Counted from the first letter of the stretch, positions 1 through 17,248 are shown. The stretch: 64,000 nucleotides of DNA from Paramecium tetraurelia (GCA_000165425.1 CT868052.1:1-64000), one strand, 5' to 3'. The notes: generated by a model from the sequence alone, not told the origin. Numbers and translations are program-made.

Positions 1-1800
1 TCAAAAGGTGTTAAAATTTATTTCAAATTGGAAAATTTACAATTTAACATATGTCTTTACTTCTCCATTTCATAAACTGATATCTTAACTTATTCTGCTC
101 AAAATAATGTTTTACAAATCCCATTTTACTATATTATTCTATTGCTAAAATTCTTTGAATGGGATACCTAAGTATGAAATGATTATTTTAAACAATGGTA
201 AGTTATTAAAAAATATAGTTTAAAACTAAACCTTTTTATTTGGGAAGATGATTTATTTAATTTTATTTTTACATTCCAAATAAAAAATATAATTACAAAA
301 CTAAAAAGGACAATCCATTTACCTTGATTTTTATAATTTTATTAAGTTTGGTAGTAGTTCTAAACATTAATATTAAAATGATATCATTGATATAAGATTA
401 ATCGTATAAATCAATTTTAATTGGGCCTATTTTTTCTAACCGGCTGTATTCGATCAAAAGATATTAAATATAAAATTAAATTCTCAAATGCTTATGTATC
501 TCAGTCTTTATAAATAAAAATAATCGTTAAATTTCAATTCAATTCCATTAAAATCATTAAATTTAAGGTAGAAAATTTTTAAAAAGTATTAAAAAGTCAT
601 TCTATACTCTTTGAACCGTTTTGCTTTACCTTTAATTGATACTTAAGTTCATTGTTTACGAATCTTTTTAAGTTAAACGTCAAAGACTATTAAATGTGAG
701 AGCAAAATATACCAAGAATATTTTCTATGCTTCGAGAGCTTGAACAGATATAAAATTTTTAGTTGTAATTAAAAGGAAAACAAGGCTAGTTTGAAATACA
801 TGAACCAAAAGTGTTTGCTGCAATTAAATTTTCATTAGTATATTTAGTTAAAAGAGATAGAGTTTTAAGATGTGTTGAACAGTTGAAATCATTAATATTA
901 AGGTCTTAGGATAAAATAACTTTATTATGAGTAGATTAGTTCAATATAACAGTGAATTACGAGGACTAAATTCATACCTTTATTTTATTATTTAGGTGAT
1001 ATAGATATTTTGATGGTTGGGTTATAAATCAAATGTTTTTTTTTTTTAATATTCAATTGAAAATAGAAGAAATTGTTCATAAGGTGGGGCGATTTACATT
1101 AAAAAATTTGAGCATTCCATTTATAAATCTTATTTTTTGATTTTCTAATTTCAATAACAAAGATTGATGTAATCAGAATAAAATCATTACAGATTTTGTT
1201 TAACTATATTACCCATTTAAATATATCAGAGTATATAAAATTATCAAAGTATTAAAAAAACAATAAAATCTTATAGTATTTAAATGTAAATTCGGAACAG
1301 TATATTTTTAGATCTAGGTAAATTTTATTAGTGAATAAGTTTATTTGTACAAGTTAAGTATTATTTTTGTTATCTAAACTGTAATTTCTCTATCAAATCA
1401 ATAAAATATCCATAAACTGTTCGATGTATGGATAAAAGAAACTGATGATTGGATAAAAAATTAATGTATGAACTTCTCCTCATCATTGAATTTAATAGAA
1501 ATGTAAATTTTGATAAAAGCGACCAAACTAATTATAATTTGATATTCAATCCCCCATCAGTTCATACATATTAAAAAACAGAAGCCAGTATAAATATTGA
1601 CTATAATTTCCTAAATAATTATTCATGCATAATAAAAATAAAATATCAAATTTTTTCAGTTTGAAGATTTTCTTAGATAATTTCATTTTTAAATCGATAA
1701 TGTTTCAAATAAATTAAAGTTCCCATCTTACATATTAATTAATAAATGTAATTTAAAATTCTTGAATAAGAGAATTAATTTCATTTTAATTCTCAAATTT

Positions 1801-3064
1801 TCAGACTGCATTTAAATTCTTATAATATTTAATTCATATTTTAATGGTATTTCATTTTAGCGGTGTCCATATCATTCAAACACAATAAAATACATTGAGG
1901 ACTTTTCTCGAAATCAGCCTAAGCAACATTTTAGAGATTCCTATTCACCATCAAAGTTGTTATTCGATTCAAGTTTTAGAAAAAGAAATCAACCAACATT
2001 AGGTTTGTTGATTTTATAAAGTATTTCTAATCCAGAAGTCAATTTTTTAGAGCTACATCCATTTAATTCCCATTTTTAAGAGCTCAAGTATTTTAATTCT
2101 GCTTCCATCATATTTGAATTCTCATTTAAGATTGAATTAAATACTTTTCAATTTCACTTAGGAAATGCTTTGCTAAGAGGTTTTCCATTGCTGAGAAATG
2201 TTTATGTTATCGTTTGATTTGGCTCCATAAGCACTCTTAGATGTAAACTTGCAGACATACCATCTCATTTATCTACATATTTTCCCTTTCGTATCCCTTA
2301 TTCAAACAAAATTCATTTAACCTTTTAGATAAATGAGTATTTTATCATTTATAAATAATTACTTCAATTTTCTCAAAAAAACTGGTGTTGTTCATTCTAG
2401 CTGGCCACCAAACTACTATCAGAGTCTAAATGAATTACTTTCCACAGCCTATTTAAATATAATTTAGCTATTTACTGCTTTAAACTTATGAATTTAGACT
2501 AACCTGACATCAGAAAATAAAAATGTATAAAATATTTTTAAGTTCCTTAAATAAAGAAATTCAATCAACATCTGACAGTTGAGCTTAAACCCTATTCTCA
2601 ATAGGAGACTTGATATTTTAACTTCTGAAATCAGTTAGTAATTTATAAATTCACAAAAATAGAGGTCTACTCTATAAATCCAAATTTATTATCATTTTAT
2701 ACAAACTCTGCCTAATGAAATTGATGATTTGGATTCATTAACCAATTAAAAACATAAATTTGAAACTCTAACGATCATAAATCGGTATTCAGAATAACTG
2801 ACGAGTATGGCGAAATACTCACTATAAGAATTCATTTAAATCAAAATTAATAGGCAAAGGAGGCTTTTTATAGCTTATGAATTAGCAATATTCCAATAAA
2901 TTAGCTGATACAACTTGAAAATCAATATGAGCTTTGACTCCTTGTCTGAAGAAATTTGCTTGCCAATTTAAACAGTTTTTATAGCTAACTTCATAACAGT
3001 TATGAAATCGATATTCTTCCCTTCCTCTAATTATTGCTATTATTATCATTATTACTCCTCTCAT
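1801..3064 (-). CDS. Hypothetical protein, possibly secreted or membrane-bound (multi-exon; 3' end uncertain)
   Basis: Starts MRGVIMIIIAIIRG-REEYRFHNCYEVSYKNC (signal-peptide-like). The frame is restored by a 25-nt GTGAGT..CAG intron at 2798-2822. No family recognised. Confidence 0.4.
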
Positions 3065-3735
3065 ATTTGAAAATGACAACAAAGCTGATCATCGTGCTTA
3101 ATCAAATTTTAATATAAGGAGCCTAGTTCACTTAAGCTTCTAAGAAATTTTGTGCACAATTTTTTGCAAAATTTTCCAAGCCAAGTTAGATACATAGTCA
3201 CTGACTTAGGGTTAAAAATTGGATATCTCTTGTTGTTTTATTTATTGTAATAATAAATGATGAACTTACAAGTCTTATCTTTGAAGTGAAATAGAATTGT
3301 AATCATCCATTATATTTCTCTTTACTATTTCCTATTGAGTTGAAGCCCTATTAAAATCCCAGCTTGACTAATCATTAGACTAAATCCATCTCAGATTGCT
3401 GTAGGTATGCCTTTAAACCACAAACTATCATTTGTAAAGCAACCTTATTTCTTGCCAAAGTTTTCTTGATTGCTCTTTATTTTTCATAACAACGCAGAAG
3501 CATCTTATTAAGATAATCTTCCTCTATCGCACCAATCTTTTAAATGAGGCAAACTCATAGCTTAACTTATTATTCTGAGAAACTTGTCGTCATTTATATC
3601 GCTTCAGTTTAATTTTCATAATTTTCAAACTTATCCATTCAATCATTTTTGTTTACCTATTTTTAGAGGAAATTACTTAAAATCTCTAAGAATTAAAATT
3701 TTCTTTAGTTATAATTTTGATGAATTCTAATAATT

Positions 3736-5020
3736 GGATGCACAGCTAAAACAATTAAGTTTAGACTTGATATCTCATAAAATTTATTGACTTAAAAAGG
3801 ATTGTCTATTTTAAAAAATATATCCAACAACTATTGTTTGAGAAGGTTGAAATTTTCATATGTAACCTTAATGGGCTTCCCTCTGGGGATTGAGCAAGGA
3901 ACTCATATATTCATCTAGAATCCTGTCTTGCTTGAGTAGAATCTAAAAGATAAGCTTGCAATGTTTTTTGAGCAACATTCTCAACTAAAATTTAAGAAAT
4001 ATCAATCACTTGCTGATTTTACCCAAATTAGTTTTAATTTATGTTTTCCTTTTGAAATTCTAGTGTTCAATCAATACTATAAGAAAAAATGTAAACAGAA
4101 TATCTCACTATGCACATCGCCAATATTCCATCCGCTTTCAGCATATTATTCTAAATTATCCAAGAAATAATATTTTAAAACTTATTCGGGCTCTTTCTCT
4201 CAAAAATCCTATTGACCTAATCCTCCGTACCTGCTCTCAAAGAGAGTAACTAAATATTATCAAATAGAGGAAGCAACTGATTACGATGCATAAGCAACAC
4301 AAAGATTGGTTAGTATTAATGGAAAATCAGTTTAATTATAAGAGTAGAGATGTTTCTCAAATGGTTTGTTTGTGGGAGCATTCAAAACAAAATGATGCTT
4401 TTGGAGTTATAAGAGAATTGAAGAATGATTTGAGTGAATACTTAAGTGGATAATCATCCTCAATGCTCCGTTGAATGTCAATAATTTGTAAATTCAGTAG
4501 GTTTAAATTGTAATGTATCAAGGATTGTAATTTTTTGATAATCCAATTTGAAGAAACGAAAATTTTTCTGGAAAAAGTAATAATATCTTTGTATAGAGAT
4601 TTAAACAATGTATTTTAAAAGCCAAGCTTATGCTTGATTAATTAGTTAGTGGTAAAGGTCTCTCAAGCTACTGCTAATAAGATTTAAAAAATTTCTATAC
4701 TCCTACGAAAGCTGTAGAGTTGAAAAGTTCACAATTTTCGAAGAAATGAAAAAATTGATTAATAGACTGCACACTATGCAGTAATGGTTAACCAATTTAA
4801 AATGAGGTTTAACCAGATATAGGTTTGGTAAAATCAACTAAGCTTGGTATTTAGAAATTAAACAAATAAGGAGATGAAACCAGAGCATTTATAGTTTCTA
4901 CAATTGAAGCAACGTTGTGAAAACGGGAATGAAATCATTTGAAATTATGTAAAAATATGATGATGAACTTTCAGCTGTGGCAAATTTCCCCACACATTAA
5001 TATAATTGAATAAAGCTTCA
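3736..5020 (+). pseudogene. Coding-like stretch with discontinuous frames (decayed gene or unresolved multi-intron gene)
   Basis: Protein-like segments (YVTLMGFPLGIEQGTHIF...; ...LITMHKQHKDWLVLMENQFNYKSRDVSQMVCLWEH...) lie in different frames that I could not join with canonical introns. Confidence 0.3.
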
Positions 5021-7467
5021 TGACAAATAATACTGATATAAAATTTCTACCATCTCTATAGAACCTCTATTATATTTTTTATAAACAAATATTATATTTT
5101 ATGTTTAGGATGGTGTTCCTTAAGGTTTGTCTGATTTTTTTTTGATAGTGTAATTAATATCTTGAAGACTTTAGATTCTTATTAAAAATATTGGAATTTT
5201 AAGTATTCTTTTTTATAAATATCAGGCAGCATTTTAATTGTTATTGATCATAGAAAATCCTTCTTATATCAATTGATTCTAATTTCTGAATAGATGAGTA
5301 TAAAGTATATTAGAAAAATGTTAAATAGTTTTTCAATCAAAAATCATAAACCTGTTCATAATAAAAAGATGCATGTTAAACTTATAAAATTTTTGGAGTA
5401 AATAATATAGCTTTATAAAAAGAGTAAATTTTAAATTTATTAAGTAGAAAGCTTTTATGGATCACTTAACTTAACTGGAAACAGATCCATTAAATATTCC
5501 AAATTTTCCTACTCTAATGTCATTACTGTTTTGGAGTGATCTCGATATCAATTAATTGAGTTATTTTGTTAAGATTGATGTTTTAGACTAGTTGGCATTG
5601 AAAAGCTCTTTGTTCTAGCATGTGATTTCTTCTTTTTTGATTTTCTTTTAATGAAAAACCATATATAGGTATTCGAAAGTTGAAAGAAAAGGATTTTATT
5701 TTTCAAAACCAAATAACCATTTCTGAAATGCTTCTTGTTCAGGTAAATTTTATGCAGTCATGTATTAATTAGATGTTAAGGGGGAAGAGTTAGCAGAAAA
5801 GTGTTCTAAATTAATAATTATGACTCTATCGTATTCCTCCATTATGAGATTGATGAAAAAAAATTATTGAAATACAAAATTCTACTCAAAAATTAATATA
5901 AAGTCTATAATCTTGCAGACTATTACTAATAAACACGTATTAGAATGCCGAAAAAATTTTAAGCTTACAAAATTGTATTACGTCTGAATTGATATTCTTC
6001 TAACTATTCTAATATAAAAGAAATAAATTGTATTAATTGCCTAATTAGACTTTAAAATATTTACTCTCAACAAGATATGAAGAACACATTACATAATATA
6101 AGCATGATTTGCAATTTAATAATAAACCAGTCCTGGCTTTAAATTATATATTAAATAAGAATATTTCTATTTTAGAATAATTTAGTTTCAAATTTTATTC
6201 CTACTATTTTGATTTAAATCACTCCATTAAATTTATTGCTATTTGTATTTTAGGATATCATTTTAATTTTATTATGAAACTCTTCGGAAACAATGATGTA
6301 GAAATAGGTGAAAAAAACAATTATCTATTTTTGACTTTATTTATTTATTTGTAACTTCTATAATATTTAAATTCTAATTTGGAAGATGCTGGACTAATAA
6401 TTTAACATTATGTGTAAAAATAAACTTGACAATTTTAACAGAATATAAAATAAATTAAAAGGTTTCGTTATTAAAACTAAATTTAGATTTGAAAATAAGT
6501 CTAATTTTATCTGTACAACATGAAATTATACAAAGACTTTTAATAAGTAGAAAACAACAATAGAATTTGCATTTCAGTAATAATATATTTAATAAGATGA
6601 GTTATATTATCAAATCATGTTTAGAAAATTGATAATTGGATGTAAGTGATATTTAAGAAATCTTAAATATCAATAAACTTTATTTAAAGTACTGACTTAA
6701 CCTATTTTTATTTCGCATCCAATATTTCACTTGGTTTTGAATATTATTTAATATATACAAGTCAATATTTAAACTCTTGAGAATGATAAAGCAAAAATTC
6801 AATTTTAAACAATTATTTTCTTTTCTGATGTTACTTCAACTCACTATAATTTTTAGACATACTTCCAATTGATGAAAAATAAATCTGGTGTTATGATGTT
6901 ATTTCGATTTTGATTTTCCAGACCAACAGAAAAAATAAATATTTGATTATTATGAATTTTCAGAGTAATCAATTTATTATCAATATTAAAAATTTATGGG
7001 TATTGTTTCAAACACTCTTTTTAAACCAAAGTTTATTATTCTAGAGTCTTGTATTATTTTTTCAAATGATCCCTAAAAAATAAGCTTAAACCAAATTAAA
7101 TAATCATTTTCAAATCATTCAATTTTAAAAAATCTTGACTATAAATTAATTATAATTCAATTTAAAATTAGCAAAATCTTAAGGTATTATTATTACTAGT
7201 GTGAAGTGAATATAAATTATTATAAGATTGTAATATTAATAATATAGATTTAAACCCTAAATAATTTCATTTTGCAAAAGAATCATGCCTAACTATTAAA
7301 AATAAATCTAATTAATTTTCACACAACGAATAATTGATATTTATGTTAGTTGATGAAATATAAAAATGATTATACATTGAGCTATATAAATTATTTAAAG
7401 ATTTCTACAATCAGAAATTTGTATTTAATTCTCAATTACATATATAGAGTATAAAATAAATATTAAA

Positions 7468-8598
7468 TCAAATAATTATCTCTAAACCACAAAGTGAGTT
7501 AAGATTTGGATGAATGAATTGCATTAAGTAATTGACTGTTTACTCTCTGGTACAGAAATATCCATCTGAACAAAATTTTGTTTAAATTTATTATCTATTG
7601 TAATAAACCATAACTGTTTCATTTTTAACAATAATTTCTAATTATGATGCAAACGGGATTATTGGTTTAAAGTCTGAAATGGCAGATAAAATTGCCACTT
7701 AATTTGTATCGTGCCCTGAATACCAACTAAGAGGAGTAATAGAGTATAATTCAGAGATAATCCATTTGAATGGTTCAGTTAATTATGCAAATTGTTCCAA
7801 AGAATCACAATTATCTTCATAATATCTCAGAAATCTCACAACATCTTGCATATACAAAATTGCTGATTATGAGGGATTTGGGAATAGGAATCCTTAGGTT
7901 TGATTGCTTTGATAGTCATCAAAAATATCTTGAATGTCTGATAAAGTAATGGATTTCTTTTTAAAGGATTTGCTTGGATAAGCAGCCTTAATAATATCAA
8001 AAACTTCATCAAATTCAGGTCTGTTTTTAAATTCTTCTTCTTTTGATTTAAAATATTCACTAGATTCAATTTTTTTTTTCAAATCTTTAATACCTGGACA
8101 TACAGATTTTTTATGTCCATGAAACATGAAATCATTAGGTCTTTCAAAATAGTGAAGTTCTAATTCTAGTGGGTTTTGGAAATCTGAAGTCATAATCTAG
8201 TTCCATGCTTCAATATTTGTGGAATATTTAGCGTAATATTCATTGAAGTATCTTTTGAGTATTTCTTAATAATTGTTTGGACATAACCCTTTTAGGAATC
8301 CAATGGTGGACATAATTACTCTCTAGGTTGTGGATGCTTAAATTTCTAAATTTTCATAAATGCAATTTCCATTTATATCAATAATAGATAATCCATTTTT
8401 ACTCTATCCTAAGTTAAAATGTTATTATAATCCTATTTCAGTTAAATCTTCTGGTTAAATTGTCCAATAATATGTGCTATCAATTTCAGTATACACTTTT
8501 GGCGATCTAGCACCATGTCGAGTTATCAATATTGACTTTTAAAGGCAGGAACCAATGGTTAATAGGATGAAAATCGTGAATGCACCTGAAATTTTCAT
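7468..8598 (-). CDS. Histidine acid phosphatase (secreted/lysosomal type), apparently intronless, ~376 aa
   Basis: Signal peptide MKISGAFTIFILLTIGSC, catalytic RHGARSP, LTEIGLQQHFNLG, and C-terminal YSGHDTN (HD motif). ATG to TGA is 1131 nt, a multiple of 3. Confidence 0.93.
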
Positions 8599-9214
8599 GA
8601 TTGTATAATTAATTATCTTAGGATTTATTCTAATCATTATAAATGATGAAATAGACATAGTAAATTTATGTATTAATAAAATGTCATCTGACGTTATAAA
8701 AATAATTAACATTATTATAATAATATGTAGAATATGAGTATTAAATATAAATTCTAAACAAATATCTAAACTTCTTGTATTACCAAGATCAGAAACTAAA
8801 TAATCAAATTTAAAGAAAAAAAATTAAAAAAGAGATTTCTTAAGATTTTAAATGTTATCAATTAATATATATCAATTCATTATACTAACCCTCAGTCTCG
8901 TTTATTGCATATTGGTATCGATCAAAAACTAATTTATTTTGAAGGGAAAGTTACATTTAACTATTACAATTCTTAAATTGAAGGATAATTTGTTAACCAA
9001 AAATATAAAATACTCAAGGTAAGATATGCATATTAACTAACTAATTAATGAAATGATAAAATAATGCTTATCATTGTAATTTGCATAATTTAAGAATATT
9101 GAATTACGGCAATAATTATTTTTTTTAAAAACAAGAAATACTCTATATAGAATTTTTGTTCTAAATAAATTAATATAAAACTAAAAATGTAAACATTGAA
9201 TTCAAAAATAAATA

Positions 9215-10940
9215 TCAGTTCCCAGATTAAACGCAAAGCTACTAAGTTATTAAATCTCCTTTTAAAAATGGTGATGGAGTATTTCCATTTTATTGCATTG
9301 CATTAGCAGAGTCAGGTGAGGATGTTTCTATTAATATGAAGTAAAAATTACATTATAAATGTTTTAATCTTTATTCTCTCCTTTAAAATTCGGCAAGTTT
9401 TTATTCATCTATTTACATTGCATCACCTGAAATCACCCCCAACTGATAGATTTAATCCTCTTGTTTTTGTTGTATGCGCTTTTGTTTGTTTAAATCCTCT
9501 CTACAAAATGGACAGGTCTATGTATATGTGTGATTTGCATACATGATTTCTTTTCCTCCATTCATCTATACAAGTAGAATGAAATAAATGTAGGCAATAT
9601 GTTAATTTGACTAAGTCTTATTTCTAAAATTCCACAAGACATATCTAACAATCAGAAATTTCTACTAATCCAGGGTATTCTTGAATAATTTATTCATACA
9701 ATTCCACTGGAATATAATCCTATCTAAGACTTCTATTGGTATTTCCCTTAACTGAAAATGATCTTAAATTAAGATTGTTTTAGGTTCCATTATTTATTCT
9801 TCTGGTCTTTCTTTAAAAGTATATCACACATATAATTATGAGTAAGGCAATAATTAGAGCCCCTAATGCACCAGCCAAGATATAGTATATTTCCAATCCA
9901 GAGGTGTCATCTTAATTGGTATTTATGTAGAGTTTCAACTTAACATTAGTTTTATATGCTTGATCGTTAACTAGCAATAGGATTACAAAGTTTTCCATTC
10001 TGAATCCCAAAGTTTATTCTATTTTATTAGTGTTATCAAGACAATACTGTATATCATCTTGTGAATATTTGATTGTTCCAGTTGAAATTTCACTTTATTA
10101 AAATGAATTACTCTCAGAAAATGGAATAAAGTCTTTGTCGTGTTGGCAGCCAATATATGTTTTTATACTGGCATCAGCACTTACTTCAATTTCTAAGGAT
10201 GCTGGGTTAGACTTTAAAGGAATGGTTAGAATATTTTTAAAAGACTTTTCTTTCAGTTCAAACTATAATTATATTGTAATATACCTTAAACTACATTGGG
10301 GCACTTATAACAGAACTTAATAATTAACAAGTGCTATCAACATAACCTTCATTACATTAACAAAATAGTATTTAATTACTCATACACAGACCTTAATTAT
10401 TGCATTAACTAATTTAGATGAAAAAATAACTTATAGCATTCTCCTTTCTAAGAACCCTTAATTATGATTGTGTATTAAGAATCGTCAGATGAATAGATAT
10501 AAATGGAGATTTGTTTTTCGTTTAACTTATATATGCTAAATTTATTATAAGCCCACTCGTTTTCATCATTGATTTAATCTGATAACACAATCTGCTAAAC
10601 GCGTTATGAATATAACAAAGCATTGTTATCGAACACACATAATTTTCTAATGATCAATTTGCATTGCTTACTTATTTGAATCGATTTGTTTCTTTATTAC
10701 ATCAGGAGAGCTGACAATCGATTTTATTATTTATTGATTCTTCGTATTGCAATAAGCTAAAAAAGGAACAGTTGAAAGTGAATTATTTTCAAGTATGATA
10801 TTTATAGTAGTCGATCCTTATTTCAAATCATCATATTTCTCCAGATCAATATCAATAGCATTAAAACCTCTAGTTCTATAGGTTTTCTTTGAATAGAGAG
10901 CATTTGTTTAAGATATCAATAATAGTAGTACAAATATCAT
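9215..10940 (-). CDS. Type I membrane protein: signal peptide, EGF-like domain, TM helix, cytosolic RING-H2 (putative E3 ligase)
   Basis: MIFVLLLLISQTNA; after splicing, CYNQCNNQGLCMSNQILFCQCNEGYVDSTC; TM IYYILAGALGALIIALLIIICVIYF; RING CQICLVEF...TYCLHLFHSTCIDEWRKRNHTCPFCR, completed by a 23-nt intron. Confidence 0.88.
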
Positions 10941-10985
10941 AAATGAATTTTATAAAGATTTTATAAATATCGCATATTTTAATAT

Positions 10986-13579
<2,594 letters not shown>

Positions 13580-13611
13580 AAATTTAATATTTAATGTGTA
13601 TTATTATAAAT

Positions 13612-14217
13612 TCATGCACCAATAGATAATTTTGATCTAGCCACTTATTTTCTTGATTGACGAGCCACCTATTGATTATTTGTCTCCTTTTTGACATTCT
13701 CATCTTTTTCTGCAGCCCACAATTCAATATGAGCATTGGATGATAAAAATGCTGCAATATTTTAATTTTTTACGATTAATTCTTCCATGTGCTCTGTAGG
13801 TTCTACGTCTACCCTTTTATGCTCTATTCACTTAGACATGATTGATGATCAATTTCTCATTGCTTAAATTCTTAACTTAAGCATTAGCTGCCAAATTTTA
13901 CAATAATGATAAAACAATTCTTACACTCTTTTCTGGCCATCTACCTAAATGATTATTACATGCTCCAATATACCTTATGATCTGCCGAATTCTTTTGCTT
14001 ATGCAGTTCTACCCACTCCACCATTGAAACGAGTGAATGGAACACATCTCTTATGTTATAATACATCTTATAAGTATTTTAATGCTTATGCAAGTGTTTA
14101 TCCTTTAAGTGCTCTAGCTACTTCATAAGTGTTTTTGAAATGTGTTCTTAAATCACTGGCTCTAGCCTTACATGATTTCTTAGCAACAGCTGGCTCTCTG
14201 GCGTATTACTTACCCAT
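13612..14217 (-). CDS. RPL17: 60S ribosomal protein L17 (uL22), 2 introns
   Basis: [39 protein letters not shown] ... GRWPEKS ... [22 protein letters not shown]. Confidence 0.97.
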
Positions 14218-14271
14218 AAATATTGAAATCTTTTATTTATTTTATTTAAAAATTGTGAATATATAATAAAT

Positions 14272-15255
14272 TCACTTTCCGAAACCATTTCCCAAATCAA
14301 ATTTATTAGCATATTTTTAAAACAAATCTTTATCATAATCCTAGGTTTTCTTTTTCATGTCCTACTTCATATTCATATACTTGCTATCTCCCATATATGT
14401 TCTTCTCATAACATCTTAGTTTTAGAATTCTTTAAAGAATTCATTGCTTGTTACCAAAAACTATCATACAAAACTTCACTACTTTTTTTTTTTTATCTAC
14501 TTATGCATTAACATTTTCTTAAACTTTATTTCTAAAATATTCTTCCAATGTCATCCCATTATAACTATTCGGGTTAAAATTTTAAGCAGTTCTGCTTTAT
14601 ATTGCAGTACGATTTCTTTACGAATTCTGACTTATCATTCTCCTTTTATCCAGTCGAGAACATTTCGATGTCTCAGGTCTTTATTCTACATGCTCTTCAC
14701 TCATTAATTATTGAAAATATTAATATTATTACTCATCTGTTAATAAATATATTTCATAACCTTTTAGTATCACTAGAATTAATCTTCTAATTCATCTCTC
14801 GGAGTATCTCTTTTCTAAGAGCTAGTTTGTGTTTCTAAGAACTTATATGAGTATCTCATTTAGCTTTCCTTGATCCCCAACTAATTAAGCACCCAAATAT
14901 TATTATCCTGCGATCTGTAACACCTTAATAATCCCAATTAATCATACCATTATTGATGAATTGGAGTATTACCAGCTAAACTTTAAGATTCGCTTGACAG
15001 ATCTCAATAGTTATTAATTATGCTTTACCAACCAAAATCTCTAACAGTTTTGTTTGCAACTCCGATATACATTCATATTTGTTAAATTCATTAACAATCT
15101 CCAATATTTGCTCATCCTTTTATATTAATAAATCTAATAAACTACAACTTAATACCTTTTAGATATCCTTTCTAAGAACTAGATATGATATTTCCTTAAC
15201 ATAGAACATATAAACCATACAAATATTTGCCTTCCTTAGTTGATATTTAATGCAT
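14272..15255 (-). CDS. Hypothetical protein (multi-intron; exon structure only partly resolved)
   Basis: Starts MHQISTKEGKYL; several short GT-AG introns; ends ...KYANKFDLGNGFGK*. Confidence 0.5.
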
Positions 15256-15644
15256 ATTATAGTAAATTATAAATAAAATACATTTAATAACTTTTCCAGA
15301 AATTTCAAAAATCTGTTCGCTCTGTTCAAATCATCAATAAATGAATGAGGATTCCTCTGTTTGTTCCAAATTTTCACAATGAATTAATAAGAAGTGTTCT
15401 AAAAAGAATATCCACCTACATTTCACTCTTTTCAACTAAATTAGCATATATTAAATAGATTATATCAACTAAATATTCTAATGTATTTAATTAATAAAAT
15501 ATTAAACATTTATGTCACTGTTAATTTAGACTTATAATTTTAAACTCAGTATGATTCCTTATAAAATATCTTAAAAATATAGATAAAAGGGAATAAATTT
15601 AAATTGAAATTGTTGTGTTGGAATTTTGTACAATAATAATATTT

Positions 15645-17248
15645 TCAAATGTCAAATTTAACACCTTGAGCAAGAGGCAATGTCTTACCAAAGTTAATTG
15701 TGCATGTAGATCTTCTCATATAAGTCTTCCATGAATCACTTCCTGATTCTCTGCCTCCTCCTGTTTCTTTTTCACCTCCAAAAGCTCCTCCAATTTCAGC
15801 TCCTGATGTTCCAATGTTTACATTTACAATACCGCAATCTGATCCTAAAGGTCCAGTCCATTTATATGAATTGCTTAAATTGGAAGTGAATAATGAACTG
15901 CTCAAACCTTAAGGGACATTATTATTAATTTCGATTGCTTCATCTAAGGTATCATATCTAACAATGAATAAAATAGGCATAAAGAGCTCATGTTGTAAAA
16001 TAGGGTGATCAGCTTTAACCTCAAAGATTGTTGGTTAAACGAAGTTACCTGGACCTTCAATTACATTTCCTCCATAAAGTAATTTTCCTCCTTATGCTTA
16101 GATCTCAGGGATGACCTTTTTGTATTATTCAACTTACCCCTTTGTATGAAGTGGACCACATAAGGTATCTAGAATAAGAGAATTAATTACCATCATTTAA
16201 AGCATTTCCAATTTTAATGGTGCCATAAACCTTGACCATTTTTTGTATGAATGTCGCTGCAATGCTGTTATGTAACAACAATCTTCTTAAGGATGTGCAT
16301 CTCTGTCCACATGTACCAACAGCTGCAAATACTGCAGCCTTGAGTGCTAAATCCACATTGGCATCTTCATGAACAATCTAAGCATTATTTCCTCCTAATT
16401 CCAATAAACTTCTGGCTAATCTGGAAAGCCACCTTTGCTGCAATGATTTTACCAACTTAAGTGGAACCTGTAAAGGATACTAATGGAATTCTCTTATCAC
16501 TTGTAATGGCTTCTCCAATTTAAACACCATCTCCACAAATAGTGAACACTATGCTTGTTGGCAACTAATTGATTTAATATATTATAATTTACTCCATTTC
16601 TTTTAAAAACTTCATGAATGATGTTGGTACAAGCGATTGATGATAAATTTGTTGATGGTGCTCCTTTCCAAACACAAACATCACCACAAATTAATCCAAG
16701 TGCTAAATTCCAACCTAACACGGCAACTGGAAAATTAAAAGCTGTAATAATGCCGACAACACCCAAGGGATTCCATTATTCCATCATAAAATGGGATGGT
16801 CTCTCTGATGGGATTACTAATCCATATAATGATCTGGATAATCCACAGGCCCATATCACAAATGTCTATGATTTCTTGGACTTCACCCAAACCCTCTGAT
16901 TTTATTTTACCCATCTCCAATGCAACTAACATTCCTAGAGCTTCCTTCTATTTTCTAAACTCATCTCCAATTTATCTAACTATATCTCCTCTTCTTGGGA
17001 TAGGTAACTAATTTCATAATATCAAATACTTCAGCCCACATATTCTTAACCTTCAAAAGTTCTTACATACCTTGTTCATATTATTAGAGTGTTCCTAATT
17101 TCACTTTTGCAATTGCCTCTCCTGTGTTCGGATTATAACTAGTGGTCCACTCTCCATCTCCTACCCATGTTCCACTTAAAGAAGCTCCAAAGTTTTTGGC
17201 TTTCAAACCAAGCTAGGCCAAGAATGGGTATTTGTCAAATGTTAACAT
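15645..17248 (-). CDS. ALDH7A1: Aldehyde dehydrogenase family 7 (antiquitin-like); two apparent +1 frameshifts in this sequence
   Basis: [122 protein letters not shown]. Extra bases at ~16851 and ~16426. Confidence 0.95.
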
